Counted from the stretch's first letter, positions 46,894 through 60,230 are shown. The stretch is 64,000 bases of DNA from Orbicella franksi (GCA_964199315.1 OZ116698.1:21576001-21640000); one strand, 5' to 3'. Notes: generated by a model not told the origin, from the letters alone. Made by a program: numbers and translations.

Positions 46894-49599
46894 CTTCAGG
46901 TTTGATGCACTTCGTCTATCACGGATATCAAGGTGACCACCAGGTGAATCCTCTCTTCTCTTCTCTCTTCTTCCCTCATCAGGCATTCGCATCTTGGCAT
47001 CATATTCTCTGTTTGTCTTTTCAGCTTTGGCTGCACGAGTTTCTAACCCTCTTACTTTTCCTTCCAGGTGCGAATCCTTCCTTTCAGCTGTTTTCACTCT
47101 GTCTTCACGGGAGTGCGATTTAACCTGGCTTTCATGTTCTCGCCTTTTCACATTCTCTTTTTCGCTGTTCTTCATCTCGAGATCTTTAACGGCACTTGTT
47201 AAGGTCTGTATCTTGTGCTCATTGTCCTGATTTACTTTCAGAAGCCTTTCCATTTCTGCTTTGGCTTCCTCTTTGTATTTCTTATGAAGGTCGATGTTCT
47301 CCTCCAGCGCTGTCACTTTGGCTTTTAAGCCTTCGTTCTCGCTTTGCAAGGCGCTGATCTCAAATCGTAATGCAGATTCATTCTCTGAAGGTACACGATA
47401 CATAGAATTGCCTCTCAGTCCGGACTGCTCGACTGATCCAATCCCGATCTCTGTAGCGACAGGTTGGTTGCTTGGCAACTCTCGCTTCTTGCTGTATTCA
47501 AAGCTGGCTTGATAGCTAGGCTGCCACGTGGGATCATTCCTTAGACTATAATCATTACCTGCAAGCTGTTGATAACTAGCGGTAACACCGTGTTGTGTAA
47601 CATGGGAACCCGCAGATGCTCCTGTACACACACTGTCTTTATTTGGTTGTTGCTCTTGGTGTCGTTGTTGTTGTTGTGCCCGCTGGTATGGTTGCCAGAA
47701 AGGAAGACCTTTTGTATTACTGCTATCGTCTGTCAGCTGTTGACGGTTTGCAGTCAATTCTATTCTTCCAATTGCAACTTCATTCAGATGATCAGCCTTT
47801 TGCAGTTCCAACCTTTCATTATCACTCATCTGCTCTTTGCTCATTCCTCTACCTCCTTCATCTGTTCGTTCACCTTGGAAGTTCCCCACAGACAGTCTCG
47901 TCCATTTCTCGTGACTTCCCTGCTGTCGCTGTCTATCAATCTGAGCTTGACTTTCCACTTGAAGCCTCTCCTTTGTTCTTATGATTTCATCCTTTTCTGA
48001 CTTCATTTTCTCTTTTTCTCGGTCAAGCTCTTCCTTGATCTGCCGTCTCTCAGCTTGTAACGTTTGATCAAGTACTTCTTTTTCTCTGTGGTATGTCTTG
48101 TCCAATTCCACTTTGTGATCTGCTAACAGTTTTTCAAAGTCATCTTTTAACTTACCACTGAGCCCGTCACGTCCTTTTTGCGTCACTGTCTCCTCAAACG
48201 ATTTCATCTCCACGTTAATTCTCTTTTTCTCTTCAATTTCCAGACGAAGTACGTCGACCTCGGTTTTAAGGCGTTCATTTTCTTTTCTGTTCCACGAATC
48301 CTCGTTGCAATATTTTTCTTTTTCCAGCTCCAATTGTTTCTCTACCTCGAGTCTCAGTCGTCTCTCTTCCTGTAGCTTTTCTTCAACTTGTCGTATCTTC
48401 TCCTGAAAGTCTCTCTCCATTTGCATTCTTTCCTGTGCCAAATTAGTTTCAAACTCTGCCTTAAGTCTTTGAGAATTCGTTTCACTTTCGGTCAACCGGA
48501 GATTGAAATTCTTCTCGATCTCGTGTTTTTCTTTGTTAAAGCGTACCTCCATCTCTGAGTTTTCGCGAAATGCCTCTTGCTTCTGGAGAGAAATTTCCCT
48601 CTTCAACATCACTTGATATTCAGCTTCAAGTTTCTCTTTGAGTTCACTTTTCTCTTTGGCGAAATTCCCTGTCATTTGTCTTTGCTCAGTTGCAAGCTTT
48701 TCTTTAAGATCCTTTAACTGCTCTTGATAATGCTGCTCAAGTTGCTTTCTCTCCTCATTAAACGACTGCGTAAGTTTAGCAATCTCGTCTGCGAAATTTT
48801 TCTGCATTTCCATCTTCTCCATCGACATGTTTCTCTCAAGCTCTGCTTTCTCCGCTCGCGTTGATTCGTCCCACTCCATTTGCCTGCTCCTAAATCCCCT
48901 CAAAAGCTCCTCCATTTTCTTCTTGAAATACATCCCCAGTGATGTCCTCTCTCTTTCAAAGATGTGTAGCAGCTCTTCCTTCAATGCTTCTTCGTCGTTC
49001 TCACTCAGTTCTATCTGGAACTCATTGGATGATTGTGTAAGATGGCCAAATCCCGCAGCCTTGATGAGGTTAGTCTCCGTGTAAACTTCAAACTCGTTAC
49101 TATTTTGGCTTGCGTTGTCCTGCTCTCCAATGCCACTGTCCTTGCTGCTCCGCATTCCACCTTCAAATGATCCATACCGGTAAATTTTTCCTGCAGCTTG
49201 GCTGCTAGTTACTATTCCAGATGAGGAATACACCATGGTCCGTTCGCCAGAGATGTCCTCATTTTCTGTGAAGACATCTCTATTGCTTTCTAACTCACCT
49301 ACAATGACTCCTTGGTTCTCCGTCTTTCCCCCAACATGGCTGCTATTTACATGTCCCGATGTGGAGTACATCATCGTTCGGCCAGAAATGTACTCGTATT
49401 CAGTAAAGCTATCTTCTTTGTTGCATTGCGTTTCGCTAGCAGCTATTCCTTGCAAGGAAATCTGTCCTCCGCTACTATTTGCATATCCCGATGTAGAATT
49501 CAACGCTGTTTCTCTAGCACTCTGTGGAAGAGCAACGCTTGATTTTGTGTTGACTTCGGTTTTCTTGGTGTTTGAATGCATCACGGTTGCCAACCGTTC
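46894..49599 (-). CDS. Ninein-paralog module: giant coiled-coil exon (~900 codons)
   Basis: Open frame; donor ctgaag|gtattg at 46894; start is either ATG 49581 or acceptor tag|gaa at 49599; GLSGKLKDDFEKLLADHKVELDK matches ninein GLKGQLKNDFLCLLAKHKADLEE. Confidence 0.85.
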
Positions 49600-50914
49600 C
49601 TATTTATCGACAGGTAGAATGAATAGACATCTGCAAAGGATTGGCAGGCAAAGCTTAACAGCTCTGCATGGAACAGTCAATCGTGTAAGTCTGTTCGGTA
49701 TGGCAGGCATCTCGGAAAGTTAACACTGAGTAAATGAATTATGCAATGCATTTAAGTTTAATGAGTTAAATTGAGGTTTATGCCACCAGCAGTGTTGGGT
49801 ATACTGTTTAAAGATAACAGGAAAATTTGTCCGCTACAATGGATATAATTGACACAAACTATTACGAAGTTGAATGCTGATGTGCTCATTTTAAATAATA
49901 ATAAAGAAGTGCTTGATTCATGTATTTACCAATAATTCTGTAAGCGATAAAGATCAGTTCATGAGGATAAGGAAGTTCTTGTGCGAATATCGACTAATCT
50001 TCCATAGAATACCACTTAACCGTGGGAAGGTTGCGGTCTAGACTAATGCAGAAAATACTATTAAGTATCTCGGCAGCTCCATGAAAAGTGTGAAATTTCG
50101 GCGAATATGAACCACAGCAAGTCAATAACCATAACATTTGCGGTTTTCAGACTAGCGGTTTGGTAAATCCACTGGGCCAGTGAAATGCCCCATCACCTCC
50201 TGCTGTTACAAAAGAATGGGTCTTCGCCATTTCCACAGACCTAGTCAACACAGACAATATTTCAATATCAACGCTTATACGTATATTTAACAGTATGTGT
50301 TTTGCGCTCTCTAGTAACACAGAATAATCATTTTACTTAAATTTCAGTGCCTTTTTGTCCACTAAAAGTAATGCTTTATAAAGAAAAAGATTCACAAAAA
50401 GTGTTAAAATTAGTCCTGGGATTTCATTTAACAAAGTTGCTTTGTTGCCGACCAATCATGATTAAGGTTACCTGTAGCGACCCGTCACTTACAGGCACCA
50501 GTCCTGTATAAACTGATGAAAAATATGGATTTATACATGCATAAAAAACCAAGACAAGTGAACCTGAATTGATTTAGACCTCAGTCTTGGATGTCGTTCC
50601 GGTTCACACCGAGCCTAGACATGTTTGAAAATGTTAAGTTAAACTAGGCCTGATTTCTTGCTGGTTATATTCAACTGTTAAACTTTACTGCTTTCACACT
50701 AGAATAAACCATAACTGGTGAAATAAAGAAAGAACGAAGTTCACCAAAGTGTTCACAAGAGGAGGTGTGTTTCGCGGATCTTGATCCAACCGTGTTCGAT
50801 GAAGTCACACGAATAACATTTAATGTGACGCCCATTGAAGAAAAAAGGGGAAGCCAGCAACATCCCACAGCTCTCTTTATTTAAGTACAGAAAACCAGCA
50901 AGAAAGAAATGTTC

Positions 50915-52357
50915 TTATTGCTCACTGAAGGCCTCCTCGTCCTTTACATCAGACGCCATTAAAACCCTTACAGTGGATGAAATAGGTTGTTTTGGTAACA
51001 ATGCGGTAAGAAATCTGGAAAGGCCTTGCACAGGACGTTTCTCATAAGTCACAAAAACCAAGATTCTCTTTCTTTCATCAGTCAATCGCATCTTCGAATC
51101 ATATACTTTCACGATTGTATTTTCACTTTCCTCTGAGCGAGTATCTACTGCTCTCGGGTTTCCTTGTAGATCCCATGTATTAGTTTGGACTGTGTTTGCT
51201 CTGTCCTCGAGGGCAGCTCGTCCTTCGCCTTCTTGACTTTTTACACTCCCTTCTTCACTGTTCCTCTTTGCATGCTTTTGTAGATGCCGAGTCAAGGCCC
51301 GTATCTTGAGGTTACCCTCCTTATTCGCTTCTACAAGTCTTTTTATTTCTCTGTTTTTCTCCTCGATTTCTTGGCGAAGTACTTCTACTTCACTTTTCAG
51401 TTGTTCATTTTCCTTTTTGTTCAAACAATCCTCGTTGTGATACTTCGCTTTTTCTTCCTCGAATTCCTTTTCCATACTAATTCGCTGTTGCCGCTCTTCC
51501 TTCAGTTTCACTTCCAGATCCACTATCTTTTTCTGACTTTCCCTTGCCATGCATACGCTTTCCTTCAATTCGGCCCTAACTCTGTGCAAACTTGCCTCAG
51601 CTTCAGTCAACAGGAAATTGAAGTTCTTCTCAAGCTCGAATTTCTCCTTGGTAAACCGTGCTTTTATCTCCGACTTTTCACGCATTGCCTCTTGTTTCTC
51701 TTGCAACGTTTCCCTCATTAACATCATTTGATACTCATCTTCAAGCTTTTCTTTGCGCTTTAATTTACCCTGAGCGGCACATTTCTCTTCAACCCGTTTT
51801 TGTTCTTCTCCAAGCTTTTTTCTAAGGTCTGTCAACTGCTCTTCGTAACACTGTTCAAGTTGCTTTCTCTCCTCGTTAAATGAATGAGTCAGTTTGGATA
51901 TTGCATCTGCAAAATGCTTCTGCATTTCCATTTTTTCCTTCGCCATTTTCCTCCCAAATTCTTCTTTCTCTGCTCGTTTTGTTTCCTCCCACTCTATTTG
52001 CCTGCTTCTAAATCCCCGCAAACGATCCTCCATTTTGCTCTTGAAATACATCTCGAATATTTGCAACAGTTCTTCCTTCAATGCTTCCTGGTTGTTGCCA
52101 TGAGTTTCGCTTAGCTGGCTTCGCATGTCTTCAGCTATTTGCGAAAGATGAGCAAAATTTTCAAAAGTCCCAGTCTTGGCGGCAGTATTAACCTCGATGT
52201 AGCTTCCAGCATCGTTGCTGTTTTGACTAAAGTTGTCTTGCTCCCTGAAGCCACTGTCTTCACTGCTCTGCACTTCGCCTTCAGGTAAACGATGATAAAT
52301 CTTTCCTTCAGTTTGGCTGTTACCTAATACATTGCCCGTTACAGCAGAATACATCAT
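50915..52357 (-). CDS. Truncated duplicate of the 46894-49599 giant exon (480 aa; gene, alternative terminal exon or young pseudogene)
   Basis: Colinear with the other copy, e.g. EALKEELLQIFE / FRSRQIEWEETKRAEKEE / FNEERKQLEQ / YDSKMR; in-frame deletions; ends at its own stop. Confidence 0.65.
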   Translation of the reverse strand: MMYSAVTGNVLGNSQTEGKIYHRLPEGEVQSSEDSGFREQDNFSQNSNDAGSYIEVNTAAKTGTFENFAHLSQIAEDMRSQLSETHGNNQEALKEELLQIFEMYFKSKMEDRLRGFRSRQIEWEETKRAEKEEFGRKMAKEKMEMQKHFADAISKLTHSFNEERKQLEQCYEEQLTDLRKKLGEEQKRVEEKCAAQGKLKRKEKLEDEYQMMLMRETLQEKQEAMREKSEIKARFTKEKFELEKNFNFLLTEAEASLHRVRAELKESVCMARESQKKIVDLEVKLKEERQQRISMEKEFEEEKAKYHNEDCLNKKENEQLKSEVEVLRQEIEEKNREIKRLVEANKEGNLKIRALTRHLQKHAKRNSEEGSVKSQEGEGRAALEDRANTVQTNTWDLQGNPRAVDTRSEESENTIVKVYDSKMRLTDERKRILVFVTYEKRPVQGLSRFLTALLPKQPISSTVRVLMASDVKDEEAFSEQ

Positions 52358-54896
52358 CTGACGCGCGCCTGAAGTGTTTTGGCACAGTTTTGTTAAACAG
52401 TGATAATCCGCTCTTCAACTTGTCAAGCGCTCCGCGAAGGTTCGACCCAGCAAAAGCTGGTTACGTGGACTACGCAGCTGTACCGGATGTATATTGATTA
52501 TTAAGATAAATGGTGAGATCTATGCCACCAACTGTGCAAGAAAGAACTACAAATGGAATTGAGGGTTGCCTCCCACGGACGAAATTTGACACATTCGAAA
52601 GTATGCACTTGTGAGTTCAGCTAGAAATGCTGTTCAAATAAGAGCTCTATTAGCACACTGTTGGAGAGTTTTTTAAGAACCACGTACAAGGACAAGATGC
52701 TTGAAACAAATCAGCGTTTGCTAGGATAACGAGATTCTTCGGAATAAGAATCTAGACAAGATAACGAAAGTTTTGACCCATGTCATGAAATAAATATGAT
52801 ATTTAGGTGAATAGAGACCGAACAGGTCATTAAACTTCCGCTGTGGTTTTAAATAAGACGGACTGGAGAGTTGATGCACATGTAAGTTAACATACTAAAA
52901 CGTAATCCCTTCTGTCAAAAAGAGGACGGAAGTTTATTCTACAAACACAATGACCTCTAATGTTTAAAAATATCTTTTTGTAACCACTTAAGGACTGTTG
53001 CTTCTGCCATGCGCAAAATAGGCGGGGAAATAGGTTGCTTTCGCGGTCGTATAAGGCAATGTTAAGACAAACACCGAGATAATTGATTTGTTTTATAAAG
53101 TTAGAGTTTACAGTGTTTCTTCCGTAGTAACCTTCTAGGAAAAGAGCCAAAGTAAGAAAGAATACTTTAATCCGCAACTGATTTTACGTGAAATCACTTC
53201 CACGTTCGGCGATCGCGATGCACAGGCGAACAAGCGAATAGCTTGATTAAGAAATGAAACTGAAATTAATTAGGTTGCTTTTGAAAGGGAACACTAAAAT
53301 TTTAATATTTGATACTCCACCCAATTTCATAAAAGAATCATAAGCAGTGCACAAGGATTGTAGCTATGGAATAAAGTTCAAAACAGTTGCAATACCCGGC
53401 GTTGAAAATTCACATTGTAACAAATAAAGTCCAACCTCTTAAATTAGTGTCAAACAAATCTTAGAATGCGTGCACAGTTAAATATCCAAGGACCATTTGA
53501 TTAAAGGTAGATGTGATTGAGAAAACACATCCTAAACACAAAACACGTGCGCGTTTGAAGAAACCCGTGAAAAGAACGCCAACAATGAGTTTTGATTCAC
53601 TTGAAAATAGGTTTTGCTCCCTTATTCGAATATATAAAAAGTAAAGTAATAAAAAAACCACTGAATTAAATTGTCAGTGTTAAGCACTGCTGTGCTAACT
53701 GGGGAGTCCGTAACAAGTAAACAAATATTGTAGGCAGGAAACATGCCAAACAAAATGATCAGAATCCTCTGGTGGAACATGGTAAGCAGAAAAACGCGGG
53801 GCTTTTTATGCTACCTTAACAGTCCCTCGTTAAAGAAGAAAACATTCACACACATAAAGAATGGCTGAGTTTATTTGCGATATGTGAAAGTGAACTACGC
53901 GAGAGAATCGTACATTTACACAACGACCGGATTTGCTTGTTTCACATACTGTGTGATTGAAGTTCCGTTTTAAGGACCTAATATTGTTTATACAAATGAT
54001 TATAAATTTCTCAATTTATTATGGACTCGTGCTGACATAATATGTTAAATTTCAGGACGAAACTGCATCGACCAATTGTACAGCTTAATTGTGGACTGAC
54101 TGAGTGATTGATTGGATCGGAAGACAACTTGATACATTGAATGGGTTTCATAATAAGTGTAAACTGTACAAAAATTGAAACTTTGACAACAATTCTGTTG
54201 AGATTCTTAGTTTCCATAAGGCAGTAGCGATCAAATATAGCTGCGCTTTATATCCTTTTTTAAGTTCATAAAAGTATTACGAAGCGGCTTCAGCGGCCGT
54301 TATTTGACACAAACACTATAGAAGTTATGAAAAAACGCTCTCTCATTTTTGGCTTATGTAGTGCTATAGGATTAATATGGATTTAAACTGAGGAATTTAA
54401 GACATTACAAAAATAGTTTCATCTACGTATCAAAATCAGTCGGTTTAAAGCCTTGTTGATCAGTTCAATTGAGGAATGCTTACTAATCCAAAGTGCTGGG
54501 TCTTTGTGGAATAGATGGTATTTGCAATAATATTTTCAAAAAATTCTACCGTTCGTGCAAAAGACAAAAAACGTCTAATTGATGTAAATATTTGTCCTGT
54601 AAGGTTCCTCTTGCACATAGTGAACGGAATGGGAATCGTCCAATAAATTGTCCAAATTTTGTTAGTACAAAACGCGACTGACGTCACACCAGGGACCCAG
54701 GCAAAGATCACAACCTAACTAACAGCGACAAGAACAGAATGCCAGCAGCTCTTCGTGGAAGATCACCACAGCATATACTTGCCCACGAGTTCTAACCAGA
54801 CACTCTCTATAACTCAGGTACTAACATAAGCTCCGGGCAGTTTAAAGGTGACTCTTTGTACAGCTCTGTTCTCTTCTTTTCGATGCATATTTACCT

Positions 54897-55100
54897 TTAA
54901 GCAATGGCATTAGCTCCACAAAGTTTAGAAATAACCCTTTGTAGAGCTCTCTTTTGTTCTGTTAGTTGCCTATTTGCCTTTTCCGCTCTTTTCTCGTTGG
55001 CCTCCGTTTGTTGAAGAGCTTTTGTAAGCTTGGCATTTTCTATGTACAGTTCTTGGACGAGGTTGCTCGAACGCGTTGCACTAACTTCTGAATGTTGAAG
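54897..55100 (-). CDS. NIN: Ninein/NINL-family gene, last exon
   Basis: Acceptor cttgttgtccttcag|ctt; LVQELYIENAKLTKALQQTEANEKRAEKANRQLTEQKRALQRVISKL matches the recalled NIN/NINL C-terminal motif (KDLYVENAxLxxALxxTExxQxxAEK). NIN versus NINL cannot be resolved. Confidence 0.8.
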   Translation of the reverse strand, partial: LQHSEVSATRSSNLVQELYIENAKLTKALQQTEANEKRAEKANRQLTEQKRALQRVISKLCGANAIA

Positions 55101-55436
55101 CTGAAGGACAACAAGAAAAAAAAAAAAAGCATTACTCGTGTATAGAAAGTTAAAGTGGTGAGGAAGCCCCGAGAATTCAGCACCAAAAGATCTCCTACTT
55201 CTGAAACAGAGACTAAGATCAAAAGAGAAGAAATGACTTAAATCTGCAGGCAGAATGAGCTTGCCCATGGTCCAAAGAAAACAAACCTCAATCAAGCATT
55301 CTTGTGTAAAGTAAACTCGCAATGGGACTACTCCCAAATATGGTATAGACTTCACACGGGAGTAGAGGATAAGAAAACGGTGACCAATGACTGAACGAAG
55401 AGGCAAACCATGTTTGGCAAACCATGTGATAATCAC

Positions 55437-55595
55437 CTGTTTACTGAGCCGTGCCACGTGCTCATCTAATGCTTCTCGAGTTTGTGCTAATTTGGTTTCT
55501 ATCTCGAGTTTCTCTTTTTCCAGTTGTCGTATCCTTCCTTCCCACAAATTGCTCGCACTTTCTAGCTCTCGCAGTCTACGAGTCTTTTCTTCGAG
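55437..55595 (-). CDS. NIN: Ninein/NINL-family gene, exon (53 codons)
   Basis: tttgtttttccag|ctc ... aaacag|gtgatt; phase 0/0. Confidence 0.8.
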
Positions 55596-57205
55596 CTGGA
55601 AAAACAAAGCATACTCTTAGATTTTGTGGTTGGTGTACCACAGAGCTAAGGCAGCATGAACAACAACTTCTACTGTGCTGTAGGTTCCAGACTATTTATT
55701 TACTACTACCTTGATTATGTAAAACTTTCTGCAGCTCAAGTTTGGAAAAATGGCTTCCCGCCTTCTACTTATGCAATGTATTTCCGGTTTCATGTTATTC
55801 CTCCAAGGAAATTACTGCTTTTTTTTCACAAATTTGCCAAAAATTCAGCGGTCGTTCAAAGCTAGTTCCCGCTAGTTAGTTAGTCTTTCTGTTCTCGCGC
55901 TGATGTGCTGTATGCAATGAAACACCAAAAGTTTAGAAAAGCAAAGAATTTAAAGAACCTTTTTGCTGAGTGCCATAACCTCCACTTTCGCCTCGTTGAA
56001 AACTTTTTCCCTGAGCGCCTGATCCCGTTCGCTCGCCATATTGGCTCGATGAAGCTGTTCTTTCAACTCGCCTACTTCACGTTGATGGCGCGATTTCATG
56101 GTTGTCATCTCGGTATTCGCAAGTGTTGCCTGCAGGATGAAAAATTCAATTCAGAAGATCGCCCTTAGAACTGAAATTTGTAACGACGAAAAACAATCAC
56201 ATACAAAACAAACGACTTACCGTAATCACAGGACACACCTTACCACATGTCATATAACATTTCACGGGACATCACGCACATGCAACAACAATCACGTAAC
56301 GCAAGCTGAAACAAGATCTAGCAACATATACGTACAAACAAACTAAGTGGTGCACAGTACTAACTACAACGAACAAAGAAATCAGAAGTGAAGCAGCTCT
56401 CGTAAGCTTGTAATTCTCTTCATTGTTAGCAGCTGTTATTGTTTTAGGGCTAGGGCATTGTTTTTGTTGTTTGTTCTATTGCTCTCCCAAAAGGTAGTAA
56501 GCCATTCATGTGAGACCTTACGAGAGCTGCAATATCACCCAAAGAAATACGAGAGCCACACAACAAAACAAATGTACTAGTCACAAAAATACGCTTACTC
56601 CTTGGTGAAGTTGTCCCTAACCTTAAAAGGGTTAAGTCAGGCAAACTAAGGCGACTTGTTTCCTTCCCTATTCTTACAACTTTAGCTTTCTCTTATCGTC
56701 TCTTCTTTCAACTTGTTCTTCACTCAGGATTTACAACTACATACATATATTTCCGCCTCTATATCGGTGTAACCCTTGCTTATTTCCTCGATTTCGTCTG
56801 ATTTCAGGTTGTACATCACAGAATTAGCAAAACAAACCGAGGCACATACAATCCCTCTATATAATGCTGCGAAGAGTCTTAAGATTCACCGCAATTCCTG
56901 GTACTTTTAAAGTGTAGTTAGGGGAATGAGATCTCCCCCACCACTATGCATCTTTTCAACCTCAATTCCAGGGCCCCAACCCTCGCTTATAGGACCTGGG
57001 ATCGACAATGGCAATCCTTCCTTTTGTAAAAGTTCTCATGTCTAGATCTCGTCGCAACAGTTTTTCACGTTGCCAAACAAACCTTCTCTTTAAAAACGGT
57101 CTTAGAATGAGGATATCAATTATTCAGTATAAACCCCGGTACACCTTCCTCTCTGTCCACCGTTTCATAGAGACCAAGGAATTGAAACCCCCTGGCAAAA
57201 CATAC

Positions 57206-57397
57206 CTTCTGCTTTTCAGTCTCCAATTCTCTCTTGTGGGTCGACTGTGCATTAGCGAGTCTCTCTTTAAGCACATACACCTCTTCCTGAAGGTTGTTCG
57301 CTTTAGCGTTCTTTTCTTTCAGAACTTTTTCCAAAACCTGTTTCTTTCCTTGGATATCTTCCAGCTTCTTTTCCATTGTGATGAGATCATTTTTGGC
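57206..57397 (-). CDS. NIN: Ninein/NINL-family gene, exon (64 codons)
   Basis: tttttctgcag|gcc ... cagaag|gtatgt; coiled coil. Confidence 0.8.
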
Positions 57398-57463
57398 CTG
57401 CAGAAAAACGTGAAGTATCGGGAATACTGTGAATTAGGGTCAAGAAGGGCATGAAAACATGAA

Positions 57464-57665
57464 CAGTCGAATCTCCCTTAGGGACAGCGACTAAGTGTTC
57501 CTTTATGGAGGTGTCCCTTACTGAAGGTCACAAAATGTGCTGATCACGTGTGTGCTGATCACCTTTATGGAAGTTGCTCTTGCTCGAGGTAAAAACATTC
57601 CTCCACACAACTTGGAGTCTGCTCTCATGCGTACGGGCTGAAGCTGTCCCTAAGAGGCTCGACTG
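57464..57665. mobile_element. Short MITE with CAGT...ACTG ends
   Basis: cagtcgaatctcccttagggacagc pairs with gctgtccctaagaggctcgactg. Confidence 0.6.
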
Positions 57666-58836
57666 AAAGTGTTATCTCTTAGATACAATAAATACACCGA
57701 TTAATAAGCTACAAAAGGACAACATTGAACGCAAGCTCGATTACATTGATAAGCGTTTCAAACCAATGCCCGCATGAGATAGTAATTACCATGTAATGCA
57801 ATGCATAGGATAGTAAAGAAATAAGATTAACCACAAGAATAAACATTTACAGTTGGTTTGAGGCTATGTGAACATGTCGTCATGTCTAAGTACATTGGTT
57901 TAAGTTCTACAATCGAAACCGCCATAACGCTGACTAACAAGGCGACTTTTCACACTCTGCAACATAAAGCAATGAGGGGCTATAGAAGATGACCGCTATA
58001 AGTTTGTACTGTAATTAAGTAGTTACATAACTCTCTTACAAAGTTTACAGATATATCAGTTTATTTAAATTTAAATTGCATGGGTCACCTACAGTGGTTA
58101 CAATTGACACTGGTAACGTTTACAAAGCCTACATTTAGGAGTACATCACTTATAAGTAAAGGACAGTCAACTAGAGAACAATGCTTTTGATAGTGTAGTT
58201 ATAGAAAGTGTTTAAGACGATATACGATAATATACAACTCATTGCGCACGGAACCCCACCCCCCTGAAAAACAGAAACAACAAAATTTAACATTTAAAAG
58301 TTTCAATGTTGTCAAGATTTAACTTTCGTATCAAAACTTTTAATACTTGCCGTAAGACAAATTCGCAAACCAGATTATTTAAAGGTTGATTACTGCTGTT
58401 GTTATTGAATAATGCGATTTACAATTCTTACGAAACAAAAATCTTAGTTACAAGAGTACCTTAGCAGTTTATTTTTCTCAAAGTCTGAACTTAAAACATC
58501 ATTAATTTAAACCTGGCGTCATGTCACGCTAGATTGTTTCATGCCTTTACAAAATAGCTATTCTCTTTTTCATTAAATCTGCTAACGTTCTTAAATTGTC
58601 GCTTTTTAACACTCCGTGCAAGTTATGTAGTAAATAGTTTCCGAGTCTTGCAAAGTTTATCTTATCTTACATTGTTATTATTTACAAGTTGTCGTTTAGG
58701 GTATTAATTGAGGGCAGAAACGAAGGTGTTACGTTTAATCTCAGGTGTACCAGGTTCCAGTCCACAATTTGGCAAAACTTGGCTTTTCATTGGTCGGTTA
58801 CAAGAAGCCGTCCGCGGAAATTTATTCCGTATCATG

Positions 58837-58985
58837 TGCAGTCACACATTAGTAACCTCAAGTGCAGTCACACATTAGTAAGTCACTCACTGTCACACAT
58901 TAGCAACGTCAAGTGCAGTCACACACGAGTAATTCACGCACTATCACACATAAGTAACGTCAAGCGCAGTCACACATTAGTAATC
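58837..58985. repeat. ~25-bp minisatellite (tgcagtcacacattagtaac)
   Basis: About six degenerate units. Confidence 0.8.
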
Positions 58986-59288
58986 AAAAGTCCTTGTAGC
59001 TGGTGATAGAAAAGAATGCGTGAGAGAGTTGGAACACAAAGAAAACAAGTGACAAAGCATTGAGTTATAAGGCAGTGAGTGCTTACTAAGTTAGCAGCTA
59101 TCAAGCAATAAACTATTGTTAGAAGAGAAGCAGTGCTTTCAACGTGAAACCAGCGTAAGCGTAAGTAGCGAATATCTGGCCAGGATTTTGTGCATATTAG
59201 CAGAGTGGGGCATTAATTTAGCTGCATTTTGCTAAAAACAATTTCAATGCTACAAAAGAACAAAATAAAGACCAACAGTTGACGAGAC

Positions 59289-60230
59289 CTGCTCTGCCTC
59301 AAACTCCTTCTGTCTGATGTTTTCCATGTTGGCAAGCTTTTGAGTCAGCTGTGTTACTTGTTTCTCTAGTTGGCCTGTTTCGTTCCCGCGCTGCTCGAAT
59401 CTTCCCTCGAGGGCCTGGTACGCACTTTCCCGCACGGCAAGCATGCGCTCTAGTTCCTTCACCCTGATGTCATCCTTGTCTGCGATCTTTTGAGTCAGCT
59501 GTCTCACCTTCTGTTCCAACTCGAAATTGTGATTGTTGCGCTGGTTCAGCCTTTGTTCCAAATCCTTGTTTTCAGTCTCCCAGAGTGAGACGCGCGTTTG
59601 CAGTTCTTGGAGTCGAACTGTTTCTGCATCTGCCAGCTGATTGACCAGCTGAGAGATCCTGTCCTCAAGCTTGGTCTTCTGTTTGTTGAACTCATTGACC
59701 TTCTTCTCCAGCGCCTGGTTTTCACTTTCTTTGACAGTTAATAACGCATCAAGCTCTTTCGTCTTGACCATGGATTTTCTCAAATCGCTCTGGAGCTCCG
59801 CCACTTCGTTTTCTAGCTCAGAATTGTTTTCCAATAGGTTCTTGTTCAATTCCTGGTTTTCACGATCGCGAGTGCGTAACATGTCCTCTATTTCCTGACT
59901 TTTGTTCTTGATATCTTTAAGCTCGGCCTCGGTTGAAGCCAAACCATTCAGCTGCGAGTCTCTCTCCTTTAATTTCTCCTGTAGCTGTTCTTTTTCTGAA
60001 ATGCTTAAATTTAAACTGACTTCCAGTTCTTGAACTCTCAGTTTGGTCTCTTGAAGCTCGGCCTCCATGCTCCCGAAAGTTTCTCTCAGCTTCTCGTTTT
60101 CCGAACTGTGCTCGCGAACCTTCGCTTCTAAATCATCGACTTCGGAGGCTCGAAGATTTAAAAGCACGTCCATCTCGTCGACCTTAAGTTTAAGTTCCTT
60201 GACTTCACTTCCCATTCCTTCACTCTTCAC
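59289..60230 (-). CDS. NIN: Ninein/NINL-family gene, exon (314 codons)
   Basis: attatcaaag|gtg ... gagcag|gtctcg; phase 0/0; heptad coiled coil. Confidence 0.8.
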
